From Wigglesworthia glossinidia endosymbiont of Glossina brevipalpis (GTDB taxonomy: Bacteria; Pseudomonadota; Gammaproteobacteria; Enterobacterales; Enterobacteriaceae), in assembly GCA_000008885.1 (NCBI GenBank), contig BA000021.3, forward strand, positions 60,001 to 92,000: a DNA stretch of 32,000 bases, read 5' to 3'. Under the pieces are notes generated by a model that searched no databases, was not told where the DNA came from, and saw nothing but the letters and a program-made list of their open reading frames with translations. This document shows positions 9,626-20,077 of the stretch, one piece after another. Positions within the stretch are counted from its first letter, which is position 1. Every line of letters starts with the position of its first letter. A program made the position numbers and the translations under genes.

Positions 9626-10573
9626 TTAGTTTTTTGATTGATAATATTCATTGCAAAAATTTGAACAAAATTCGTTTAATGTTTTATTACAATAAATACA
9701 TTGAATAAAAAGAGAATTGCATTTTTTATTTTTACAATTTATGTAATTGTCACAAGGTTGAATTTTACACTGATGACATAAAGATAATACATCGGAAGTA
9801 ACTTTTTCATACAATCTATCATCAAAAACAAAAATTTTTCCTAAAAATTTCATTGGATAATTATTTTTTTTTATAAAATTAACATATTCTATAATTCCTC
9901 CATCTAAAAAACTTACATATTTAAATCCATTATGCATCATCCATGCGCTAGCAGCTTCACATCTTATACCTCCAGTGCAATACATGATTATATTTTTTGA
10001 TTTATAAAATTTTAAATTATTTATTAGTAATTTTAATTGTTGTCTAAATGTTTTGGATGAAATTTTTAATGCATTTTCAAAATGACCTATTTCGTACTCA
10101 TAACTATTTCTCATATCAACTAAAATAAAATCATTTTTCATTAAAATAGCATTAAAATCATTAGCTGTTAATTTATGTCCTGTGTTTTTTATATCAAAAG
10201 AACAATCTTTTATTCCACAATTTAATATATTTAATTTTTTTTTTATTTTTAATTTTTTAAAAGGTTGTTTTTTATTATCTGAATACAAGTTAAATCTTAT
10301 ATCTGTCAAATAATCAAATGTTTTTTTTATAAAAATTTTTAATTCTTCTATTTTATGTTTTTTAATGCTGATATGAGCATTAATTCCTTCGTAAGAAATG
10401 TATATTCTACCTAATATTTCTAATTTTTTACATATTTCAAATAATTTTTCTTGAATGCAATCAATATTTTCTATTTTACAATATTTATAAAAAGATATAG
10501 TTTTTGTTTTTTTTTTGTAATTTATTGAATAATATCTTTTATTTGAAATTTTTTTAATTATATTACATGACAT
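9626..10573 (-). CDS. trhO: tRNA uridine-34 hydroxylase TrhO (YceA, rhodanese-like)
   Basis: 315 aa; YISYEGINAHISI, VDMRNSYEYEIGHFENALKI, MYCTGGIRCEAASAWM, C-terminal Cys-rich CHQCKIQPCDNYINCKNKKCNSLFIQC. Confidence 0.95.
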   Translation of the reverse strand: MSCNIIKKISNKRYYSINYKKKTKTISFYKYCKIENIDCIQEKLFEICKKLEILGRIYISYEGINAHISIKKHKIEELKIFIKKTFDYLTDIRFNLYSDNKKQPFKKLKIKKKLNILNCGIKDCSFDIKNTGHKLTANDFNAILMKNDFILVDMRNSYEYEIGHFENALKISSKTFRQQLKLLINNLKFYKSKNIIMYCTGGIRCEAASAWMMHNGFKYVSFLDGGIIEYVNFIKKNNYPMKFLGKIFVFDDRLYEKVTSDVLSLCHQCKIQPCDNYINCKNKKCNSLFIQCIYCNKTLNEFCSNFCNEYYQSKN

Positions 10574-10637
10574 TATTTTATTCCCTAAATTTATATTTTA
10601 ATATTTATAATTAAATATTAATCTTTTATGCAAATTA

Positions 10638-13118
10638 TTATTGATTATTCAATAAGTAAATAAAATGCAATTTGGTTAAAATTATTGGATCGTTTAATAC
10701 AGTTAATTTTTCAATCATATTTAATTTATTTAATCCTTTAATTAATATTAAATCTAAAAATTTTTTTCTATTTAAATCAATTAAAATAGATGAATTATGC
10801 CTTGAACTTGCCATAGCAACAGCAAGTGCGTTATATACAGGGTGTAAAATAGCTTGAAAAAATCCATTTTTTAAAGATTTATTTTTATTTATTTTAAAAT
10901 ATTTTTTTGTATTAATTATTTCTTTAGGAGGGTATTTTTCTTCAGGGATTAATAATAATCCAAAGTTTTTGAATATTAATCCAATTTTTACGTAACTAGA
11001 ATAAACAGAAATTAAAGGAGATATGATTAATGAAAAAATAATTGGAAAAAATATAAATAAAGATTTTATAGTCATAAAAAATATTATTAAAAAAGACCAT
11101 ATTAATCCAATAACTACTTGAACAATATGGCTTTTTATAGATTCTTTCCAGCTTGTAGAAAAATCTCTTCTTTTCGGAGATTTCCATGATAAGGAAAAAC
11201 CAAAAAATGCTCTAAAAATAAAAAATGTATGAAACATCATTTTAATAGGGGAAAACATCATAGATAAAAAAATTTCTAATATTATTGATAATATAAAACA
11301 CCTAGTTCCACCATATTGGATAGAATTTTTAGAAATTATTAATATAACACTAAAAAATTTAGGCAAAAGTAATAATAATAATGTAATAAAAAACAATCCT
11401 ATTGATGCTTCTAAATGCAAGTAAGGAATTATATAAAAATATGAATTTATTTTAAAACAACACATAAACTCAATGTTATATATTATTTGCAATATTGTTG
11501 ATAAAATCAAAAAAGCAAACCATAGCGGAGCGGATAAATACGACATTACTCCTGTTAAAAATACAACTCTATGCACTGGATGAAGTCCGTTCATAAAAAA
11601 TAATCTAAAATTCATCAAATTTCCATGACACCATCTTCTATCTCTTTTTAGTTCATCTAATAAGTTAGGAGGAGGTTCTTCGTAACTTCCAGGTATATCA
11701 TAAGCGATCCATACACTCCATCCAGCTCTACGCATTAAAGCAGCCTCTACAAAATCATGAGATAAAATTGAACCTGAAAATATTCCATTTCCAGGCAAAG
11801 GAGATAAAACACAATATTTTATAAAAGGTTTTATTCTTATAATAGCATTATGTCCCCAATAGTGGGATTCTCCTAATTGCCAAAAATGCATTCCTGCTGT
11901 GAACAAAGGGCCGTATACTCTAGTAGAAAACTGATGATATCTAGCATAAAGAGTATTCATTCCTGAAGCTTTTGGTATACTTTGTATTATTCCAGCTCTT
12001 GGATTAGATTCCATAAGAGAAACTAATTTTACTAAACATTTTCCACTCATTATGCTATCTGCATCTAATATAACCATGTAAGAATAATTTTTACCCCATC
12101 TACGACAAAAATCATCAATGTTTCCACTTTTTTGTTTTACCCTTCTGTTTCTTCTTCTATAAAAAATATTTCCAATAAACCCTGTTTCAGAACATAAATC
12201 AATCCAAGATTTTTGTTCTGACATGCAAATATCAGTATTATAACTATCGCTTAAAATATATATATCAAAAAATTTTATTTTTCCAGTTGATAAAATTGAT
12301 TCATATGTTGCTCTTAACCCAGCGAATACTCTTTCTACGTCTTCATTACAAATTGGCATTAATATTGCTGTACGATGATTTTTCTTTATTTCTTTTACAA
12401 TTGATTTATTGGAGATATTGTATTCGTCTTTCTTGGTTATTAATTGATAAAAACCCATAAATGCGGTCCAAAAACTAGCTGATACCCAAAAAAATAAAAT
12501 ATAAAATAATATTAATACAAATATTTGAAGTATATATGGTGAAAAATATTTAATTATTAAAAATATATTTTTGTTAAATAAATATATAGTGTATGACCAA
12601 GAAATATCTTTATATGGTAAAATACTATTTAATTTGTACGTAGCTATTGATGTTTGAGATAAAATTAAAATTAAAAATACATATCTTCTTATTATTCCAA
12701 CTATTTCCCATTTTTCTAAATATTTCTTTTTTTTATTTTTAGAAAGAATTTTTGAATTTTGTTTTTTAAAAAAAAATTTTTTTAAAAAAGAAAAAATAGA
12801 ATCTATCACCCAAGGGGTTGGGGCAATGCTAGTACGATTTATTTTTGGATATGATTTTATTAATGGTATATTTTTTTTATCTTTAATTATAAAATTCGAA
12901 CAATTTATTAATTTTGGCCAGGCACATTTTAATCTTTTTTTTACAGATATCGTAGATATATATTGTTTTTTTAAAAATTTTTTTCTTTTATTAGATCCAG
13001 TTCTTAAATAATGATTCATGCAAAATAACTTTTTATAACTACAATTTTTTATTTTTTTAATTTTATTTTTTTTATTATAAAATTTTAAAAATTTCATATA
13101 ATTTTTATTATTAGTCAT
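10638..13118 (-). CDS. opgH: Osmoregulated periplasmic glucan glucosyltransferase OpgH (MdoH)
   Basis: 826 aa; [60 protein letters not shown], multiple transmembrane segments. Confidence 0.97.
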
Positions 13119-13378
13119 TAAAATTTACGATTTTATTTAAATTAATTAAAAATAAATTTAAATTTTAATACATTTATTTATTTATTGATAATGAATTTCA
13201 ATTTATTAAAATAATAACTTGTTGATTTTAAATAAAATCATTATTAATAATATTTAAATTTAAAAAAATAAATATTATGTATAAATAAATTTTTATAAAT
13301 TACTTTTTGATATTAGAAAATTTTTTATTAAATATCAATATAATTAATTTTTATATTTTATATAAATAAAGTTTTTAA

Positions 13379-14134
13379 TTAATATATAAAATTATTTTTC
13401 ATGTCTCTAAGTTTTTTAAACAAAACCCATTCTTCTTGAAGAAGAAGTCTTTTTAATTCTCCTTTAAATTCAAAATTATATGGATTTAGAAAAATGTTAA
13501 TTTGACGTTCTAAGTATAAAGCTGAAGGCAAAGTAGGTTTTTTGTAAAAATTCAACTTTTCAACTTTTTTTTTATACATAGATAAAATTGTATTTTTTGG
13601 GAAAACGCTAATCGCAAAATTTAAATTTTGCAGAGTATATTCATGTCCTGCACAAATTAAAGTGTTTGGAGGCAAAGAATTTATTTTTTTAATTGAAAAA
13701 TACATATCTTTTGCGCTACCTTCAAATAATCTTCCGCATCCTGCAGAAAACAGAGTATCTCCGCAAAAAAACCATGGAGGACTATAGAAACCAACATGTC
13801 CTAATGTATGTCCAGGTAGTTCAAAAACTTTAAAACATTTATTTAATAAAAAAATTTCATCCCCTTCTTTTACTATTTTTGTTGTGCCATATTTTATTGT
13901 CTCTTTTGGTCCATAAACTGGTGTATTGAAATATGTTTTTAAGCTTTCTACGCCATCTACGTGGTCATGATGATGATGCGTTAAAAATATAGCAACAGGT
14001 GTTAATTTTTTTTTCTTGCATATATTATGTATTGAAATAAATTCTCCTGGATCAACTATTATACAATTTTTATCATTATTGTATAATAACCAAATATAAT
14101 TATCTTCGTTTATAGAAATACTTACAAGATTCAT
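13379..14134 (-). CDS. gloB: Hydroxyacylglutathione hydrolase (glyoxalase II)
   Basis: 251 aa; metallo-beta-lactamase fold motif THHHHDHVDGV, FFCGDTLFSAGCGRLFEG, ICAGHEYTLQNL. Confidence 0.96.
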   Translation of the reverse strand: MNLVSISINEDNYIWLLYNNDKNCIIVDPGEFISIHNICKKKKLTPVAIFLTHHHHDHVDGVESLKTYFNTPVYGPKETIKYGTTKIVKEGDEIFLLNKCFKVFELPGHTLGHVGFYSPPWFFCGDTLFSAGCGRLFEGSAKDMYFSIKKINSLPPNTLICAGHEYTLQNLNFAISVFPKNTILSMYKKKVEKLNFYKKPTLPSALYLERQINIFLNPYNFEFKGELKRLLLQEEWVLFKKLRDMKNNFIY

Positions 14135-14185
14135 TTTTTCCCTTATATAATATAAATTTAAATTTATTAAAATAATTTAATTTTA

Positions 14186-14659
14186 TTAAAAATTTTTAAT
14201 TTTTTGATAAATTTTATCTATTGCATTTGGATTTTTAGCCGATATTTTAGCTAAAAAGTCACATCTATCATGTTTTATGTTGTTTGTATGCCCTTTGATC
14301 CAATTCCAATTTATAAAATGTTTTTTTGATAAATATTCTAATTTAATCCATAAATCAATGTTTTTAACTGATTTGTTATTATTTGTTTTCCATTTATTAT
14401 TCTTCCAAACTTTAATCCACTTAGTTATTCCATTTTTTAAATATTTACTATCTGTATTAATAATTATATTATACATATCATGTAATGATTCTAAAGCAAT
14501 AATAGCCGCCATTATTTCCATTCTATTATTTGTAGTTAAGTAATATCCATTACTAATTTCTTTATATAATTTTTTCCCGCAAATTATAACTCCATAACCT
14601 CCTGGTCCAGGATTTCCTAAACAAGCACCATCTATAAATATTTTAATTTTCTTTTTCAT
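14186..14659 (-). CDS. rnhA: Ribonuclease HI
   Basis: 157 aa; IFIDGACLGNPGPGGYGVI, NNRMEIMAAIIAL, INTDSKYLKNGI, WIKGHTNNIKHDRCDFLA. Confidence 0.97.
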   Translation of the reverse strand: MKKKIKIFIDGACLGNPGPGGYGVIICGKKLYKEISNGYYLTTNNRMEIMAAIIALESLHDMYNIIINTDSKYLKNGITKWIKVWKNNKWKTNNNKSVKNIDLWIKLEYLSKKHFINWNWIKGHTNNIKHDRCDFLAKISAKNPNAIDKIYQKIKNF

Positions 14660-14706
14660 ATTAATATATTACTATTTATAAAAATATTTAACTATACTTT
14701 TGATAT

Positions 14707-15447
14707 ATGAAAATTAATACTGAAAGACAAATTGTTTTGGATACTGAAACAACTGGAATGAATAAAAACGGACCTCATTATTATGGTCATAGAATTATTG
14801 AAATTGGTGCAATAGAAATGATCAATAGAAGATTGACTGGAAGATGTTTCCATACTTATTTAAAACCAGATCGTTTAGTAGAAATAGAAGCATTTAAGAT
14901 ACATGGAATTAGTGATGAATTTTTATTTTTTCAACCTACTTTTGAAGAAATAATGGAAAAATTTATTAATTTTATAAAAGGATCTGAGTTAATTATTCAC
15001 AATTCTGTTTTTGATATAGGATTTATAAATAATGAAATTCAGTTATGTAATAAAAATTTAAATAACATTAATTATTACTGTTCAGTAATAGATACTTTAA
15101 AGTTAGCAAGAAATATATTTCCAGGCAAAAGAAATAATTTAGACGCGTTATCAGATAGATACGGAATTGATACTACTAAAAGAATATTACATGGAGCTTT
15201 GTTAGATGCAGAAATTCTTTCTAACGTATATTTATTAATGACTGGAGGCCAAATACCTATAAATTTTTCAAAAAAAAAAAATAATAACTTCATTAACAAG
15301 AAAATAAAAAATAATTTCAATAATTTTAAAAAAAATAAAAAGTATAATAAAATAATTAAACCTATAGTAATATACGCCAACGAAGAAGAGATTCATGAAC
15401 ATAAAAAATTTATGAAATCTATTAATTTCATAAATAAAAATAATTAA
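14707..15447 (+). CDS. dnaQ: DNA polymerase III epsilon subunit
   Basis: 246 aa; RQIVLDTETTGMN, GHRIIEIGAIEMINRRLTG, IIHNSVFDIGFI, LHGALLDAEILSNVYLLMTGGQ; divergent from rnhA as in enterics. Confidence 0.98.
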   Translation: MKINTERQIVLDTETTGMNKNGPHYYGHRIIEIGAIEMINRRLTGRCFHTYLKPDRLVEIEAFKIHGISDEFLFFQPTFEEIMEKFINFIKGSELIIHNSVFDIGFINNEIQLCNKNLNNINYYCSVIDTLKLARNIFPGKRNNLDALSDRYGIDTTKRILHGALLDAEILSNVYLLMTGGQIPINFSKKKNNNFINKKIKNNFNNFKKNKKYNKIIKPIVIYANEEEIHEHKKFMKSINFINKNN

Positions 15448-15535
15448 TAAAAAAATAAATTTAATTTTTAAAAATTAAATTTATTTAGTTTTTTAAATTA
15501 AAATTTTTATATTAAAACAAATTATGTAAACATTT

Positions 15536-16117
15536 TTAATTATTTCTTTCATATAGATAATAAGAAATATTTTTAGTATTTTTTTTTCTATAAATCATCC
15601 AATTATTAGGGACGATTGGATCTAAGTTTTTTTTATTTATTTCTATATATATCCAAGATTTTTTTTTTAAAAAAAAATTTTTTTCTAAAAAATTTATAAC
15701 TGTATTAACTATTTTTATGTTTATATAAGGAGGATCTATAAAAACTATATCAAAAGATAATTTGGGATTATTTAGCCATTTTATTGTATTTGTATTTATG
15801 ATATAATAATTGTTACATTTTAAATGTTTTAAATTTTGACTCAAAATATTGTTTAATTCTATATTTTTATCTAAAAATACAACATATTTTGCCTTTCTTG
15901 ATAGTGCTTCGCTTCCTAACATGCCAGTTCCAGAAAAACAATCTAAACAGTAAGCATTTTCAACAAAAGGTTCTAACCAATTAAATAATGTTTCTCTTAT
16001 ATATCCTAAAGTAGGACGTAAGTATATTCTTTTAGATAAAATAAACTTTTTATTTTTCCATTTTCCTCCAATAATACTTATTTTATTTTTATATAATTTT
16101 TTTTTTAAAAAAATCAT
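15536..16117 (-). CDS. rsmD: 16S rRNA (guanine966-N2)-methyltransferase
   Basis: 193 aa; IIGGKWKNKKF, RPTLGYIRETLFNWL, LDCFSGTGMLGSEALSR, FDIVFIDPPY; divergent from ftsY. Confidence 0.93.
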   Translation of the reverse strand: MIFLKKKLYKNKISIIGGKWKNKKFILSKRIYLRPTLGYIRETLFNWLEPFVENAYCLDCFSGTGMLGSEALSRKAKYVVFLDKNIELNNILSQNLKHLKCNNYYIINTNTIKWLNNPKLSFDIVFIDPPYINIKIVNTVINFLEKNFFLKKKSWIYIEINKKNLDPIVPNNWMIYRKKNTKNISYYLYERNN

Positions 16118-16242
16118 TATAAATTAAATTTTTATATATATATTATTTGATAATAAAATATAATATATGAATTAAAAATAAGTTTCAAATTGAAAATAAT
16201 TAAAAATTTTTCTAATATTATAATTTTAAAAATAAATAATAT

Positions 16243-17223
16243 ATGTGTATGAAAATAGAAGAAAAAACAAAAAAAAAACAATCAAATTTTTTAAAAAAAT
16301 TAAATAATAAAATGATTTCAAATCTAAAAATAAATTTAATTAATAGTCGTAAATATTTTAGTAAAAAATTAATAAATATATTTAAATCAAAAAAAATAGA
16401 TGAAAAGTTATTTGAAGAAATCGAAACACATTTATTAACTTCAGATATAGGAGTAAAAACTACTCAAAAAATAATAAATGAATTAAATTTTTTAAATAAA
16501 AATAAAAAAATAAAAAATTCAGAAAACATGTATGAACATTTAAAAGAAAAAATATCTCATATGTTGTTAAATGCGCAAGAACCTTTACTAATAACAGAAA
16601 AATTTCCTTTTATAATTTTAATAGTGGGAGTAAATGGAGTAGGAAAAACAACTACAATTATTAAAATTGCTAAAAAATATAAATCCGAAGGAAAAAAAGT
16701 TATGGTAGTAGCAGGAGACACTTTTAGAGCTGGAGCAATAGATCAATTAGAAATATTAGGAAAAAATAACAAAATACCAGTAATATGTGATTATAAAAAA
16801 TCTGATGCTTCATCAATAATTTTTACAGCTATTAAAAATGCAAAGAAAAACAATGCTGATGTTCTTATTATAGATACAGCTGGTAGATTGCATAATAAAT
16901 TCCATTTAATGGAAGAATTGAAAAAAATAGTTAAAGTAATAAAAAAATTAGACCCTTCAGCTCCACATGAATCCATGTTAATTATAGACGCTAATACTGG
17001 GCAAAACACACTTAATCAAGTAGAATTTTTTAATAATGCAATTAAAATTAGTGGTATAACTCTAACTAAATTAGATGGTACGTCTAAAGGAGGAATAATT
17101 ATAGCTATTGCTGATCAATTCAATATTCCTATAAGGTATATAGGTACTGGAAAAGATAATAATGATATATATAAATTTAAATCTTATGATTTTGTTCAAG
17201 CTTTATTTTCTGATATAAATTGA
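16243..17223 (+). CDS. ftsY: Signal recognition particle receptor FtsY (short N-terminal domain)
   Basis: 326 aa; GVNGVGKTTTIIKIAK, GDTFRAGAIDQLEIL, IDTAGRLHN, LTKLDGTSKGGIIIAIADQFNIPIRYIGTG. Confidence 0.98.
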   Translation: MCMKIEEKTKKKQSNFLKKLNNKMISNLKINLINSRKYFSKKLINIFKSKKIDEKLFEEIETHLLTSDIGVKTTQKIINELNFLNKNKKIKNSENMYEHLKEKISHMLLNAQEPLLITEKFPFIILIVGVNGVGKTTTIIKIAKKYKSEGKKVMVVAGDTFRAGAIDQLEILGKNNKIPVICDYKKSDASSIIFTAIKNAKKNNADVLIIDTAGRLHNKFHLMEELKKIVKVIKKLDPSAPHESMLIIDANTGQNTLNQVEFFNNAIKISGITLTKLDGTSKGGIIIAIADQFNIPIRYIGTGKDNNDIYKFKSYDFVQALFSDIN

Positions 17224-17375
17224 ATTAATTTTTGTACTTAAAATATAATTTATACTATATTAATATATAATATTTTATAAATATAAAAATTTAAATACAT
17301 AATATATAGTATATTTTTATAAAATTTTAAATTTAATTGATTAATTTTATATAATTTTCACATTTAAGGAAATAA

Positions 17376-18221
17376 ATGAAAAAAATAAACATTTTAACCT
17401 GTGTAAATCAGAGTAGTTTAGAATCTTACATAAAAAAAGCTAATTCATATTCTATGTTAAGCATAGAAGAAGAAAAAATATTAACAGAAAGGTTGCATTA
17501 TAACGGAGATTTATTAGCTGCTAAAAAATTAATATTATCTCATTTAAGATTTGTAGTACATATATCGCGGAATTATTCTGGATATGGACTCCAGAGAGCA
17601 GATTTAATCCAAGAAGGAAATGTTGGTCTTATGAAAGCAGTAAAAAGATTTAATCCAGCAATTGGAGTTAGATTAGTATCTTTTGCAGTTCATTGGATTA
17701 AAGCAGAAATACATGAATATGTTTTAAGAAATTGGAGAATAGTAAAAGTTGCTACCACAAAGGCTCAAAGAAAATTGTTTTTTAATTTAAGAAAAGCTAA
17801 AAAAAAATTAGGCTGGTTTAACCAATACGAAGTAGATATGTTAGCAAAATCTCTAGGGGTAACTAGTAAAGATGTAAGAGAAATGGAATCTAGAATGTCT
17901 GCTAAGGATATGGCATTTGATTTTAATTCAGAAGAAGATAAGCATAAAAATAATGCTATTTTATACTTAAAAGATAAAACTTCTGATTTTGCAGATACTA
18001 TAGAAGAAGATAATTGGGATATTCATGCAACTGATAAATTATCTGCTGCATTGTCTAATTTAGATTTAAGAAGTCAAGAGATTATACGTTCTAGATGGCT
18101 TAGATATGATAATAAAAGCACTCTTAAAGAGCTTGCGAAAAAATATGGAATTTCTGCAGAAAGAATAAGGCAATTAGAAAAAAATGCAATGAAAAAAATT
18201 CGTTTTGCAGTAGAATCATAG
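17376..18221 (+). CDS. rpoH: RNA polymerase heat-shock sigma factor sigma-32
   Basis: 281 aa; [92 protein letters not shown]. Confidence 0.98.
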   Translation: MKKINILTCVNQSSLESYIKKANSYSMLSIEEEKILTERLHYNGDLLAAKKLILSHLRFVVHISRNYSGYGLQRADLIQEGNVGLMKAVKRFNPAIGVRLVSFAVHWIKAEIHEYVLRNWRIVKVATTKAQRKLFFNLRKAKKKLGWFNQYEVDMLAKSLGVTSKDVREMESRMSAKDMAFDFNSEEDKHKNNAILYLKDKTSDFADTIEEDNWDIHATDKLSAALSNLDLRSQEIIRSRWLRYDNKSTLKELAKKYGISAERIRQLEKNAMKKIRFAVES

Positions 18222-18230
18222 AATTTTTAG

Positions 18231-19538
18231 TTATACTTTATTTTTTAAAATTTTAAAAACTTTATTTGCAGAATCAATTGTTTTTTCTAAGTCTTTCTTT
18301 TTATGCATTAAAGTAATGAAATTTGATTCAAATAAAGAAGGAGAAAAAAGTATTCCTAATTTTTTAATTTCATTAAAAAATAATATAAATTTTTTATAAT
18401 TGCATGAAGAAACGTCTTTGTAACATTTTATTTTATCTAAATTAGTAAAAAAAATACTAAACATGCTTCCTAAAGAATTTATTACTACAGGTATTTTATT
18501 ATCACAAGCAGATGATCTTAGTTCATTTACTAAATATTCTGTTTTTTTATTTAATTTATTATATAAATCCGGTGATTTTAATAATTTTAAACAAGCGTAT
18601 CCTGAAATCATAGATATTGGATTCCCGGAAAAAGTACCTGCTTGATAAACTGAACCAGAAGGAGAAACATGATTCATAATTCTTTTTTTACCTCCAAACG
18701 CTCCTATCGGAAGACCTCCTCCGATAATTTTGCCAAGACATGTAATATCTGGATATATATTATAATAAGATTGAGCTCCTCCTAAAGATATTCTAAATCC
18801 AGTTATTATTTCATCCATTATCAATAATGAATTAAATTTATTACATAACATTCTTAGTTTATATAAGAAATTTTTTTCTGGAAGAACACAACCCATATTT
18901 CCAGCTATTGGCTCTACAATAATACATGCAATTTTATTTGGATAAAGGTCAAATATTTTTTCTATTGATTCATAATCATTATATGGACAAATTAAAGTAT
19001 CTTTTAATATATTTTTTGGTATTCCGCTAGAAATTGGATTGCTAGAAAATAAATCATATGGGTCTAAATTAGAATTTGCTAATAAAAAATCTGCGTGCCC
19101 ATGGTAGCATCCATCAAATTTTATTATTTTATTTTTTTTAGTATATGAACGAGCTAATCTTATAGCACTCATGGTAGCTTCTGTTCCTGAATTTACCATT
19201 CTTATCATTTCAATAGATGGAATATATTTTGATATTAATCTTGCTATTTTTATTTCTATTTCAGTTAATAATCCAAAATTTAATCCTTTTTTGGAATATT
19301 CTATTATTTTAGATGTAATATAATAATTATTATGCCCTAATATAGATGCTCCCCAAGAACATATATAATCTATGTACTTGTTGTTATCCACGTCAAATAT
19401 ATAAGGTCCTTTTGATCTTTTAGCTATTACAGGTATTTCTTTCACAAAATAAAAAGAACGTGCTGGAGAGTTTACTCCTCCTGGAATAATTTTTTTTGCT
19501 TCAACATATAATTTATTTGTGATACTATTTTTAATCAT
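18231..19538 (-). CDS. hemL: Glutamate-1-semialdehyde 2,1-aminomutase
   Basis: 435 aa; IPGGVNSPARSF, MVNSGTEATMSAIRLARSYT, LIMDEIITGFRISLGGAQ, VYQAGTFSGNPISM. Confidence 0.97.
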   Translation of the reverse strand: MIKNSITNKLYVEAKKIIPGGVNSPARSFYFVKEIPVIAKRSKGPYIFDVDNNKYIDYICSWGASILGHNNYYITSKIIEYSKKGLNFGLLTEIEIKIARLISKYIPSIEMIRMVNSGTEATMSAIRLARSYTKKNKIIKFDGCYHGHADFLLANSNLDPYDLFSSNPISSGIPKNILKDTLICPYNDYESIEKIFDLYPNKIACIIVEPIAGNMGCVLPEKNFLYKLRMLCNKFNSLLIMDEIITGFRISLGGAQSYYNIYPDITCLGKIIGGGLPIGAFGGKKRIMNHVSPSGSVYQAGTFSGNPISMISGYACLKLLKSPDLYNKLNKKTEYLVNELRSSACDNKIPVVINSLGSMFSIFFTNLDKIKCYKDVSSCNYKKFILFFNEIKKLGILFSPSLFESNFITLMHKKKDLEKTIDSANKVFKILKNKV

Positions 19539-19687
19539 ATTGTTATTTATATTTCATTAAAAATTTTTATTTTATTTATATAATTTTTTAAAATAAAAGT
19601 AAATTTTTTTAAAAACATTTTATCAAAATTACAAGTTTTATTAAAAAAAATATTAATTTAATTGTAAAATATTTAATATAAAGTTAA

Positions 19688-20032
19688 ATGGAAAATAATA
19701 AATTATTTAATTTAAAATTAACAGATTTAGCAAAAAATAAAATAAAAAACCTGCTAAAAGAAGAGAAAAATAAAAATAAAAAATTCAGAATATATATTTC
19801 AGGAGGAGGATGCAACGGATTTCAGTACAATTTTATATTAGATGAAAAAATAAATAAAGAAGATCATTTGATTTTATTTTTAGACGTAGAAATTGTAATT
19901 GATTCAATTAGCTTGCAATATTTAATAGGAGGAGTGGTTGATTATAAAGAAGAATTATTAGAATCTTGTTTTTTTGTGATCAATCCTAATGCAAAAACTA
20001 CATGTAGCTGTGGTACATCATTTAGTATATAA
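19688..20032 (+). CDS. erpA: Iron-sulfur cluster insertion protein ErpA
   Basis: 114 aa; ISGGGCNGFQYNF and C-terminal NPNAKTTCSCGTSFSI (three conserved Cys of the A-type carrier). Confidence 0.93.
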   Translation: MENNKLFNLKLTDLAKNKIKNLLKEEKNKNKKFRIYISGGGCNGFQYNFILDEKINKEDHLILFLDVEIVIDSISLQYLIGGVVDYKEELLESCFFVINPNAKTTCSCGTSFSI

Positions 20033-20077
20033 ATAAATTTAATTTATTAAAAGCAAATATTAAAAAATTATTAACAA

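Noticed and set aside
10672-13011. Plus-strand 10672..10857 and 12826..13011 and minus-frame 10996..11187 inside opgH
   Set aside because: Overlap the strongly conserved opgH frame; 12826..13011 is on the opposite strand and 10996..11187 is another frame in hydrophobic coding sequence.
14277-15380. ORFs 14277..14543 (+) and 15075..15380 (-)
   Set aside because: Antisense to rnhA and dnaQ respectively.
16791-17009. Minus-strand 72 aa ORF
   Set aside because: Antisense to the FtsY NG domain.
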